Positions 54,310 to 64,000 of a stretch of 64,000 bases of DNA are shown one piece after another. The notes under the pieces were generated by a model, which searched no databases, had not been told where the DNA came from, and saw only the letters and a program-made list of their open reading frames with translations. Origin of the DNA: an uncultured Planctomycetota bacterium. GTDB lineage: Bacteria > Planctomycetota > Planctomycetia > Gemmatales > Gemmataceae. The stretch spans positions 448,001 through 512,000 of the forward strand of contig CAWKHF010000006.1 of NCBI GenBank assembly GCA_963849325.1. The letters run 5' to 3'. Each line of letters starts with the position of its first letter. Positions within the stretch are counted from its first letter, which is position 1. Both the position numbers and the translations under genes were made by a program.

Positions 54310-54900
54310 TCAGGGCAGCTCCACCTCGGCCGGGGCCAGCACGAAGGGATCCTGGCCTTCGGGCGGGGTGGGGAGCGTGTAATTCTTGACGCGCCAGCCG
54401 TGGTGCTGCAAGGTGCCGCGGAAGGGCGGTTGGCCGGTCACGTTGCCGGTCAGACGGATGGCCGACGGATCGAAGCTCGGCGGCACTTCGACCGTTTCGC
54501 CCTCGTTATGCGGCAGCACCGGCTCCAGAACGAGATGGTCCTTGACGACCGCCTGCGCCTTGCGATGCAGTTCGCGCACACCGGCGCCGAGCTGCTCGTC
54601 GGCCGCGCCTTGAATGTCCTCCAGCAGAAAATCGAGCAAGCGCCTTCGCGCTGCAACAGGGCCAGGAGACGCAGCGGCTCGGGGGACAGCCGAGCCGGCT
54701 TCTTCGTCTCCTCGGCGGGGGGCGGTTCGAGCAACGGTCGCACGCGCTCCGCCAAGGCGGGGTCACCCATGACGCGGAAGAACGCCCGGCAGGCCAGGCC
54801 AAGACGGGTGAGGCTGCCCTTGCCGGCGATCAGCAGCACCAGCAGCTTCAGCACGACGACCGCGGCCAGGGTCAGCAGCACGATCTGATACGGTTCCATC
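54310..54900 (-). CDS. DUF2760 domain protein (frameshift near 54640)
   Basis: LLALLQREG(R)LLDFLLEDI...FDPSAIRLTGNVTGQPPFRGTLQHHGW...APAEVEL. Confidence 0.85.
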
Positions 54901-55159
54901 ATGAGCGCTCTCGTCTTCCGCAAGGACCGGGGCACAACACGCGGTTCCTTCCGCCTCTTTTATATGAATGGCTCATAACGCCGTCGCCCATTCGGACATT
55001 CCGGCAAAAAAGGGAGAAAAAGGATTGAAGGGAGGACGGAATACCTCTTATCCTGGATATACTCGCCACGATTGCGCCCACGTAGCCGGACAGCTCGCCG
55101 GGATGATGCAGCTCTCCATGCCCCTTGGTGATTGGATGATGCGGACAGGAGTTCCTTCG

Positions 55160-58100
55160 ATGAAATGGCCCTTGCGGTTGTCTCTCGCCGTCGCGCTGCT
55201 GCTGGCACGAATGAGCGTCCCCCTTGCCGCAGCAGAAACGAAGGTCGATTACGACCGCGACATTCGCCCGGTTCTCTCGGACAATTGTTTCGCCTGCCAC
55301 GGACTCGACGCCAAGCAGCGCAAGGCGAAACTGCGCCTCGACACGCGCGAGGGTGCCCTCGCTGAGTTACGGAGCGGCGAACACGCCATCGTGGCCGGCA
55401 AGCCCGACGATAGCGTCCTCCTTGAGCGTGTCTCCGCCGATGATCCCGCCCAGCGCATGCCGCCGAAGAAGACCGGCAAGCATCTCACCTCTGCGCAGAT
55501 CGACTTGCTCCGCCGCTGGATCACGCAGGGACGCACCTATGCGGCCCACTGGGCGTTCGTCCCGCCGAGCCGGCCAACCCTGCCGCAAGGTGACGAACCC
55601 GGCCTGGCCGCGCAATCCCGTCGATTCCTTCATCCTCGCCCGCCTCGAAGCGGCCAGACTGCAACCGACGCCCGAGGCGAACCGGACGACCTTGATCCGC
55701 CGCGTGACGCTGGACTTGACCGGCTTGCCGCCAACGCCGGCCGAGGTCGATGCCTTCCTGGCCGACCCGTCGCCGAACGCTTACGAGAAGGTCGTGGATC
55801 GTCTGCTGCGGTCGCCGCGCTACGGCGAACACATGGCCCGCTTCTGGCTCGACGCCGCCCGCTACGGCGACACGCACGGCCTGCACCTGGACAACTACCG
55901 CGAAATGTGGCCCTACCGCGACTGGGTCATCCGCGCCTTCAACGACAACAAGCCGTATGACCGCTTCCTGACCGAGCAGCTGGCCGGCGACCTGCTGCCG
56001 AACGCGACGCTGGACCAGATCGTCGCCACCGGCTTCAACCGCTGCCACGTCACCACCAGCGAGGGCGGCTCCATCGAGGAGGAAGTCTACGTCCGCAACG
56101 TCGTCGATCGCGTGGAAACGACCGGCACGGTATTTATGGGTCTGACCGTCGGCTGCTGCCGCTGCCACGATCACAAGTTCGACCCGATCAAGCAGAAAGA
56201 GTTCTACCAGTTCTTCGCGTTCTTCAACAACCTCGACGGCACCCGCCCTGGACGGCAACGCCGCCCGGCCGGCGCCGGTCGTGCGCATCCCGACCGCCGA
56301 GCAAGCCGCGGAGCTGGAGCGCGTGCAGAAGCGCATCGACGCTCTGCGCAAGCGGATCGACGCCGAGGTGGCGAAGGTGAAGTACGACGACAGCGCCGAT
56401 GCGAAGGAGCCGGAACAGAGCCAGCGGGCGGAATTCGTGTGGATCGACGACGCCCTGCCGGCCGGCGCCAAGCCGTCCGGCGACGGCGGCGCCAACGGCC
56501 CGTGGAACTTCGTCGGCCGACCGGATCACCCCGTTTTCAGCGGCGAAAAGTCGTCGATGCGTACCGCCTCCGGTCTGAGTCAGCACTTCTTCGACGGGCG
56601 CCAGTCCGGGTCTGCGCGTCGGCGCCGGCGACACGCTGTTCGCTCACGTCTATCTCGACCCGGCCAACCCGCCGAAGGAGATCATGCTCCAATGGAACAC
56701 CGGCGATTGGAACCACCGTGCCTACTGGGGCGAGAACGCCATCCCGTGGGGCCGCGACGGCTCGGGCGAGCGCCGGCAGTTCGGGCCGCTGCCGAAGAAG
56801 GGCGAATGGGTGCGTCTGGAGGTCGAGACGACGAAGGTCGGCTTGAAGCCCGGCATGGTCATCAACGGCTGGGCTTTCACCCAGTTCGGCGGCACGGTGT
56901 ACTGGGACCGGGCCGGCATCGTCACGCGAACGCCGCAGGGTAAGCAGCCATTCCACACCCTCTCGGCGTGGCTCCGTGTTCAGCGTGCCACCGGCGGGCG
57001 CGGGCCTGCCACCGACCATCCAGGCCATCGTCAAGCTGCCGCGCGACAAGCGCAGCGAGCAACAAAGGAAGGAGCTGCGCGGCTTACTTCATCGAGAACG
57101 CCTACGCGGATACGCAGACGACGTTCGCCCCACTGCGGAGTCAGATGGCGGCACTGGACAAGGAACGCACGCGCATCGATAAGGAGACGCCGGCGACGCT
57201 GGTGTTCAAGGAGCAGGGCCACGCCGAAGCCGGCCTACGTCCTCAAGCGCGGCGAGTACGATCAGCGCGGCGAACAGGTGGGACGAGCGACGCCGAAGTT
57301 TCTGCCGCCGCTGCCGGACGAAGGCCAGCCGCGATCGCCTCGGCCTGGCGCGGTGGCTGTTGTCTGCCGAGCATCCCCTGACGGCCCGCGTCGAGGTCAA
57401 CCGTCTGTGGCAGCAGTGCTTCGGTACCGGCCTGGTCAAGACCACCGAGGATTTCGGCACCCAGGGCGAATCGCCCAGCCATCCCGAATTGCTCGACTGG
57501 CTGGCCGTGCAGTTCCGCGACGACGGTTGGGACGTCAAGAAGACGATGAAGCGCCTGGTGATGTCGGCGACGTACCGGCAATCGTCGCACGTCAGCGAAG
57601 GATCGGCTGGCGAAGGATCCGGACAATCGGCTGTTGTCGCGTGGGCCGCGCTACCGGCTCGACGCCGAGATGCTGCGCGATCAGGCGTTGTTCGTCAGCG
57701 GCCTCCTGGTCGAGAAGCTGGGCGGGCCGAGCGTCAAGCCGCCGCAGCCGAGCGGACTGTGGGAGGCGGTCGGCTACACCGGCAGCAACACGCGGCACGT
57801 TCGTGCCCGATCGGGGCCATGAGAAGGTGCATCGCCGCAGCATGTACACCTTCTGGAAGCGCACCGCTCCGCCGCCGGAGATGAACACCTTCGACGCTCC
57901 GTCGCGCGAAGTCGTGCATCGTGCGGCGCGAGCGGACCAACACGCCGCTGCAAGCGCTGTTGTTGATGAATGACCCGCAATTCGTCGAGGCCGCCCGCAC
58001 TCTCGGCGAGCGAGCCATGAAGGAAGGCGGTTCGACGCCGCAGGATCGCTTGACGTACCTGTTCCGGCTGACGACGGCCCGGCGACCCGACGCCAAGGAA

Positions 58101-58289
58101 CTGGCCGAATTGCTCGCCGCTTACAAGGACCATCTGGCGACGTATACGCGGGACGCGGCGAAGGCGAAGCAGCTCATCAATGTCGGCGAACTCAAGCCCG
58201 ACGCGAAGCTGAATCCGAGCGAACTGGCGGCGTGGACGATGATCGCCAATTTGCTACTGAACCTTGATGAGGTGATCAACAAGGGATAA
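55160..58289 (+). CDS. Planctomycete cytochrome c / DUF1549 / DUF1553 (PSD1) protein (many frameshifts)
   Basis: [62 protein letters not shown]. Confidence 0.92.
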
Positions 58290-58348
58290 GCGCAGCGGTG
58301 CTCTTGGAACATAAGAGAGATCGCTCATATGCGAGAGGAAGTTTGTCG

Positions 58349-58669
58349 ATGACGGAGTCGATTGACAGCGGCAACAAGGGGTTCGTCGAACACTGGCGGC
58401 GTGTCGGCCCCATTCTCGAAGCCATTCGCCGTGGCGAATCCTTACGAGAACGCATGAAAGGAGCTAACGATACGGAAACAATCACTATCTCCTTGTCCGA
58501 GCCGGTTCTGCGGAAACTCCAGGAACGGGCCAGAGAAGCGAATGTCGCGCCTGAGGAATTGGTGCGCGCCAGAGTGGAAGAATGGCTACAACGGCCGAAA
58601 GACGATTTCGGGCTTGCCGCAGAATATGTAATCGAGAAAAACGCCGTCCTCTATCGGCGACTGGCATGA
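58349..58669 (+). CDS. Small putative DNA-binding antitoxin-like protein (start uncertain; may begin at 58454)
   Basis: ITISLSE...AREANVAPEEL...AAEYVIEKNAVLYRRLA resembles RHH antitoxins found upstream of Fic/Doc toxins. Confidence 0.5.
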   Translation: MTESIDSGNKGFVEHWRRVGPILEAIRRGESLRERMKGANDTETITISLSEPVLRKLQERAREANVAPEELVRARVEEWLQRPKDDFGLAAEYVIEKNAVLYRRLA

Positions 58670-58703
58670 TACGATATTGCCTACCGGCGGGAGGTGAAAA
58701 ACA

Positions 58704-58928
58704 ATGAGCTGGGGATGGATCAAGCGAATCGTACCGGGCTTTGTCTTGGCAGCGATCTTTTTCGCTATGCCGTTCACGAAACTTGGCGAGATCGAACCGT
58801 GGTATTTTTGGATGGGGAGCGGTGTTGTTGCTTTCCTGGTTGGAGTTCTACTGACCTGGATCATGCTTGAAGGGCAAAAACCGCATCCGCGACGGCGCAA
58901 TGAAGAACAATCTCTTCAAGAGGAATAA
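58704..58928 (+). CDS. Small two-TM hypothetical protein
   Basis: GGAGGT RBS; two hydrophobic helices. Confidence 0.55.
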   Translation: MSWGWIKRIVPGFVLAAIFFAMPFTKLGEIEPWYFWMGSGVVAFLVGVLLTWIMLEGQKPHPRRRNEEQSLQEE

Positions 58929-58985
58929 GTCTTCCTCCTCATCCGATCAACTGACTGTGCAGATTCGAGTAACGGAGCCATCCCC

Positions 58986-60437
58986 ATGCACCCGATGCAC
59001 GAACACATTCAGACCCTCACCCGCCGCCACTTCTTCGGCCGCGCCGCCCTCGGCCTGGGGACGGCGGCGCTGGCGACGCTGACGGCCGGACGCGCCGGCG
59101 CGACAACGGCTACCGGCGGCCTGCCCGACCTGCCGCACTTCGCGCCACGGGCCAAGCGTGCCATCTATTTGTTCATGAACGGCGGCCCCTCGCAGATGGA
59201 CATGTTCGATTACAAGCCGGCCATGGACAAGCTGTTCGACAAGGACTTGCCCGAATCGATCCGCCAGGGTCAGCGTCTGACGACCATGACCTCGGGCCAG
59301 ACACGCTTCCCCCTGGCGCCGTCGAAATATAAGTTCCAGCGGCACGGCCAATCCGGCGCCTGGGTCAGCGAGCTGATGCCGTGGACGGCCAAAATCGTCG
59401 ATAAATTGACCTTCATCAAGAGCGTCAATACCGAGGCCATCAACCACGATCCGGCCGTGACCTACATCTGCACCGGCCATCAACTGCCCGGTCGCGCCAG
59501 CCTCGGCGCCTGGCTCAGCTACGGCCTGGGCACCGAGAACCAGAACCTGCCGGCCTTCGTGGTGATGACCGCGACCTGGACCGGCCGCAAGGAGGCGCAG
59601 GCGATCTACAACCGTCTGTGGGGTTCGGGTTTTCTGCCCAGCAAACACCAGGGCGTCGCCCTGCGCTCCAGCGGCGATCCGGTGCTGTTCCTGTCCAACC
59701 CGGCCGGTGTCGATGCCGCGACGCGCCGCCGTATGCTCGACGCCCTGGCCCGGCTGAATCAGAAGCAGCTCGACGAGGTCGCCGACCCGGAGACGCAGGC
59801 CCGCATCGCCCAGTACGAGATGGCCTTTCGCATGCAGTCGTCGGTGCCGGAATTGATGGACGTGACGCACGAACCGAAGCACGTCCTCGATATGTACGGC
59901 CCGGACGTACACAAGCCCGGCACGTTCGCGGCGAGTTGTCTCCTGGCGCGGCGGCTGACCGAACGCGGCGTGCGCTTCGTGCAGATTTTCCATCGCGGCT
60001 GGGACCAGCACTTCAACATCGCCGGCGACCTGCCCAACCAGTGCCGCGACGTGGATCGGCCCTGCTACGCCTTGGTCCGCGACCTCGAACAGCGCGGCCT
60101 GCTCGACGAGACCCTGGTTGTCTGGGGCGGCGAGTTCGGTCGGACCATCTACTGCCAGGGCAAGCTGACGCGCGAAAACTACGGTCGCGATCACCATCCG
60201 CGCTGCTTCACCGTCTGGATGGCCGGCGGCGGCATCAAGGGCGGCATCACCTACGGACAGACCGACGACTTCAGCTACAACGTCGTCGAGAATCCCGTAC
60301 ACATCCACGCCATGAACGCGACCATTTTGCACTGCCTGGGCATCGACCATCGGCGGCTGACGTTCAAGTCGCAGGGTCTGGACATGCGACTGACCGGCGT
60401 CGAGGAGCACCAGTCGGTCAAGGCCATCCTGTCCTAG
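58986..60437 (+). CDS. DUF1501 domain protein (Tat signal, sulfatase-like fold)
   Basis: [42 protein letters not shown]. Confidence 0.93.
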   Translation: MHPMHEHIQTLTRRHFFGRAALGLGTAALATLTAGRAGATTATGGLPDLPHFAPRAKRAIYLFMNGGPSQMDMFDYKPAMDKLFDKDLPESIRQGQRLTTMTSGQTRFPLAPSKYKFQRHGQSGAWVSELMPWTAKIVDKLTFIKSVNTEAINHDPAVTYICTGHQLPGRASLGAWLSYGLGTENQNLPAFVVMTATWTGRKEAQAIYNRLWGSGFLPSKHQGVALRSSGDPVLFLSNPAGVDAATRRRMLDALARLNQKQLDEVADPETQARIAQYEMAFRMQSSVPELMDVTHEPKHVLDMYGPDVHKPGTFAASCLLARRLTERGVRFVQIFHRGWDQHFNIAGDLPNQCRDVDRPCYALVRDLEQRGLLDETLVVWGGEFGRTIYCQGKLTRENYGRDHHPRCFTVWMAGGGIKGGITYGQTDDFSYNVVENPVHIHAMNATILHCLGIDHRRLTFKSQGLDMRLTGVEEHQSVKAILS

Positions 60438-60572
60438 CCTTATTGGGGACGGTTGAGCTTTTCCCTTGCCTTGGGTATCCTGCGTGCATTACAAATAGGC
60501 TTAGCCAAGGGGCGGCATGCCCGCAGGCGTTTGGGTGCGCATCGCATCGGACTTTCTTCCGGGGACACTCGC

Positions 60573-60815
60573 ATGGCTCTGTTCGCGCCTCCGCCCCGCA
60601 CACCACGAATCGCCCTGGACGACAACGACGACCTCAAGCACCTGCGCCTGCGGCTGACGCAGATCATGGTGTCGATCCTCACCGTGCTGGTCACGGCCTG
60701 GCTCTGCACCTTCGGCGCCATCTCGGCCATCCTGGCCCTCATGGTGGCCAAGCACATTCTCGTGGCCATTCTCGTTATGGGACTGGGCGTGGACGCCCAG
60801 CGCGTGGAGACGTGA
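60573..60815 (+). CDS. Small membrane hypothetical protein
   Basis: 80-aa ORF with 2 TM segments and high GC3. Confidence 0.6.
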   Translation: MALFAPPPRTPRIALDDNDDLKHLRLRLTQIMVSILTVLVTAWLCTFGAISAILALMVAKHILVAILVMGLGVDAQRVET

Positions 60816-60837
60816 GCGGGACCGCTTGCGGCGTCAC

Positions 60838-62460
60838 TTACCCTCGCGGTTTCAGCAATTCGTGCAGTTTCGTCGCCACTTCCCCGAGAGGTAGTCGTTC
60901 CTGTTTGAGCGTGTCGCGGTCGCGGATGGTGACGGTCTGGTCTTGCAGCGTCTGGCCGTCGATGGTGAAGCAGTACGGCGTCCCCGCCTCGTCCTGGCGG
61001 CGATAGCGGCGGCCCACGGCGCCCTTGTCGTCGTAGAAGACGTTGAAGTCGCGTCTTCAGCTCGCGGTAGAGCCGCTGGGCGACCTCCGGCATCCCGTCC
61101 TTCTTGACCAGCGGAAAGATGGCCGCCTTGATACGGCGCCAGCCGCGGATGCAGCTTGAGCACGACGCGCTCGGTCAGCTTGCCGTTCTCGTCGGGCACC
61201 TTGTCCTCGCAGTACGCCTCGCACAGAAACGCCAGCGTGGCGCGGTCGGCCCCCGCCGACGGCTCGATCACGTGCGGGACGTAGCGCTCGCGCGTCTGAT
61301 CGTCGAAGTACGTCAGGTCCTTGCCGCTGCCCTTGTACCGCGGCTTGCCGTCCGGTCCCATTTCGACCACCAGCTCGTTGTCCTTGCGTACCAGCTTGCC
61401 TTCCATGTGGCTGCGCAGGTCGAAGTCGCCGCGATGGGCGACCCCTTCCAGCTCGCCGAACTCGCCCGGCGGCAGGAAGGGGAAGGCGTACTCGATGTCG
61501 GCGGTCCCGCAGGAGTAGTGGCTCAGCTCCTCCGCACTGTGATCGCGCAGCCGCAGGCGCTCGCCCGCCAAGCCCAGGCCGAGATACCAGGCATAGCGGC
61601 GGTCGCGCCAGTAGCGATACCATTCCGGCGACTGCTTCGGATGAGCAGAAAAACTCGATCTCCATCTGCTCGAACTCGCGCGAGCGGAAGGTGAAGTTGC
61701 GCGGCGTGATCTCGTTGCGGAAGCTCTTGCCCATCTGGGCGATGCCGAAGGGGATGCGCACCCGCGAGCTATCGACCACGTTCTTGAAGTTGACGAAGAT
61801 GCCCTGCGCCGTCTCCGGCCGCAGGAAAGCCGCGTCCTCCTCGCCGCCCAGTGCCCCGACGGTCGTTTTGAACATCAGGTTGAACTCGCGCGGCGGCGTC
61901 AGCGTGCCCAGTTCCTTGGCGTCCGGCCCGAGCACCGGGACTGAAATCCTTCACCGTCGTCAGCGACACGAGCGGCCCATCCCAGTGCAGCTCCTCGGCG
62001 TTCTTGGTTCGCAGGTTGAAGAACTTGAGCGCCCGCTGTTCCGCCTCCTTCTCGCCCTCCTCGCCGCCAGACTGCACGGCCACGAAGATGCGTCTCCCCT
62101 TGGCCTCGACCCAGCGGCCCCGACACCTGATCGTGCCGGTAGCGCTTCTTCGACTCGCGGCAATCGACCATGAAATCGTGGAACAGGTCGTAATGCCCCG
62201 AGCACTTCCAGACCTGCGGGTGCATGATGATGGTGCAATCGAGTCCGACCATCTCATAGGGCGCAGGGCGCGCCGGGCGGCGTGGCCAGGTCGTCGTGGC
62301 CGGTGACCATGTCGCGCCACCACGCTTCCTTGACGTTGCGCTTCAGTTCGACCCCGAGCGGACCATAGTCCCAGAAGCCGTTCAACCCGCCGTAGATCTC
62401 GCTCGATTGAAAGAGGAAGCCACGTCGTTTGCACAGGGCGACAAGTTTGTCCATTTCCAT
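60838..62460 (-). CDS. glyQS: Glycine--tRNA ligase, alpha2 (GlyQS) type (frameshifted)
   Basis: [70 protein letters not shown]. Confidence 0.95.
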
Positions 62461-62499
62461 AATTTCAGGTCCGTATTATCTCCGGGGTATCGTACCGGT

Positions 62500-63270
62500 T
62501 TACTTGAGCCAGTGACTTTTGACAATGCCGACGGCGCCGATCTCGACGCGGAGCGGTTCGCGGCGGAGTTCCGGCACCACGGCGAACTGATCGACGCCGC
62601 GCCGCCGCCCGAATGTCGTCATCATATCCCAGGCGAGCGCAGGTGGGCGCCGCCGGCGCTGACTTCCAGCGCCCCGTCGAGGACGCGGCCGTGGTGCTCG
62701 AAGCAGTCCCAGGCCAGGCGGGCGGCGTCGTTGAGCGCGACCGGCCCGTGCTCGCACAGATACTCGACCAGCGCTCCGGCCAGCAGGGCGTCCTCCAGGG
62801 CGACGTCGCCGTGGCAGCCGGCGCAGACGATGTCGATCGGACGCGCCTCCTGCGTCAATTGTTCGCAGACGGCGCTGTAATTGACGAAGCCGGCGACCAG
62901 CACCCGCGCCGCCGCGGCGGCGCGGAGCAGAGCGCGCGTGCCGTTGGTCGTGGTCAGCACCAGCGTCGTGCCCTTGCAGCGCGCGCAGGTGTATTCGCCG
63001 GGCGAGTTGCCCAGGTCGAAGCCGGCCAGCGGCATCGCCGTCGCGCTCGCCGCCCAGCAGGACGCGGCCGGCGCGCATCTGGTCGGCGATGCGCCGCGCT
63101 TCCTCGACTTCTTCGACCGGCCACACGGCGCCGCAGCCCGCGGCCAGGGCGTGAACGATCGTCGTCGTGGCCCGCAACACGTCGATGACCACGGCAACAC
63201 TCTCGCCGAGCCGTTCCGGCACCAGTCGATCCGGCGTCAGGTGAACGCGGACAACCCGCTCCTCGGCCAT
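62500..63270 (-). CDS. comB: 2-phosphosulfolactate phosphatase (frameshifted)
   Basis: VVIDVLRATTT, GGER, FDLGNSP, LTTTNGTRAL, LEDALLAG. Confidence 0.9.
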   Translation of the reverse strand: MAEERVVRVHLTPDRLVPERLGESVAVVIDVLRATTTIVHALAAGCGAVWPVEEVEEARRIADQMRAGRVLLGGERDGDAAGRLRPGQLARRIHLRALQGHDAGADHDQRHARSAPRRRGGAGAGRRLRQLQRRLRTIDAGGASDRHRLRRLPRRRRPGGRPAGRSAGRVSVRARAGRAQRRRPPGLGLLRAPRPRPRRGAGSQRRRRPPALAWDMMTTFGRRRGVDQFAVVPELRREPLRVEIGAVGIVKSHWLK

Positions 63271-63575
63271 GCCATCCCCTCCCCCGTTCGTGCAACCGCT
63301 GTGCAATCATAGCGAGGGCGGGCACGAGGGGATAGGTGCAGGACTCCTCTCCAGCGGAAGAAAGCTCCCTGTCCGGATCGCGGACATTTCTCCTGTCGTC
63401 CAAATGCGGACATTTCTATTGTCGCCGGACAGCCGGCGGTCTGCCTGCTTGATGGCGCCCGCTTTCTGTGTTACAACACAGTCGGAGTAGGTAGGGCGAC
63501 AGCATGGATGCACTCTCCTCCTGACCGTTTTCGTCTCCTACAGGATCGCTCACCGGAAGCTCGCAGTACACGATC

Positions 63576-64000
63576 ATGAAACGAGGCCTGCCCATATCGC
63601 CGGGGGTGGCTGTGGCCCGCGTCTTCTGCCTGGACCAGGGGCTGGCCCAGCAGGAAACGTTCCATCTCGACGCCGCCGCCCTGTCCGGCGAGGTCAGCCG
63701 TTTCGACCGTGCCTGCGCCGCCGTGGCCCGCGACCTGGACGCCAGCATCGAGCGCATCAGCCATCAGGTCGGCGAAGACGAAGCCGCCATCTTCCGCGCC
63801 CACCGTCTGTTGCTGCGCGACCCGACCCTGAGCACCAAGGTCAAGACGGCCGTACACGAGCGTCACATCGACGCCGCCGCCGCCCTGCGCGAAGTCCTCG
63901 ACGAGTACAACAAGCTGTACAGCCAGATCGACGACTCGTACCTGCAAGAGCGCATGGCCGACCTGCGCGACGTGATCGGCCGCATCCTCACGCAGCTGTC
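63576..64000 (+). CDS. ptsI: Phosphoenolpyruvate--protein phosphotransferase (PTS enzyme I), 5' part
   Basis: MKRGLPISPGVAVA...AAIFRAHRLLLRDP...YLQERMADLRDVIGRIL. Confidence 0.9.
   Translation, partial: MKRGLPISPGVAVARVFCLDQGLAQQETFHLDAAALSGEVSRFDRACAAVARDLDASIERISHQVGEDEAAIFRAHRLLLRDPTLSTKVKTAVHERHIDAAAALREVLDEYNKLYSQIDDSYLQERMADLRDVIGRILTQL

Overview
GC-rich bacterial chromosome segment, most consistent with a planctomycete (Gemmataceae-like): it has a DUF1549/DUF1553 cytochrome-c protein, a DUF1501 gene and Uma2. Many single-base indels break even essential genes (leuS, glyQS, pyrF), so frameshifts are read as long-read errors. Layout: (i) 1-2.7 kb, end of a mobile island with a SWIM-finger transposase, an atypical tRNA gene, a hypothetical gene and a BRO-N gene; (ii) 3-18.5 kb, housekeeping genes; (iii) 18.6-25.3 kb, the stand-out locus, a REP-flanked three-gene operon encoding a CARF/RtcR-like sigma54-activator AAA+ ATPase, a highly divergent sigma54-like protein, and a ~1,280-aa apparently fused, minimised RNA polymerase beta-beta' homologue (catalytic loop GADFDGN), which looks like a self-contained, signal-gated accessory transcription machine; (iv) 26.4-51.4 kb, a large surface-polysaccharide cluster (Wzc, Wzm/Wzt, ~10 glycosyltransferases, methyltransferases, O-antigen ligase/polymerase, beta-helix protein); (v) 51.5-64 kb, housekeeping and planctomycete-typical genes (cysC, glyQS, comB, ptsI start). 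Several families of palindromic REP-like and heptamer repeats occur, often supplying stop codons. All family calls come from motif recognition by eye; no searches were run.
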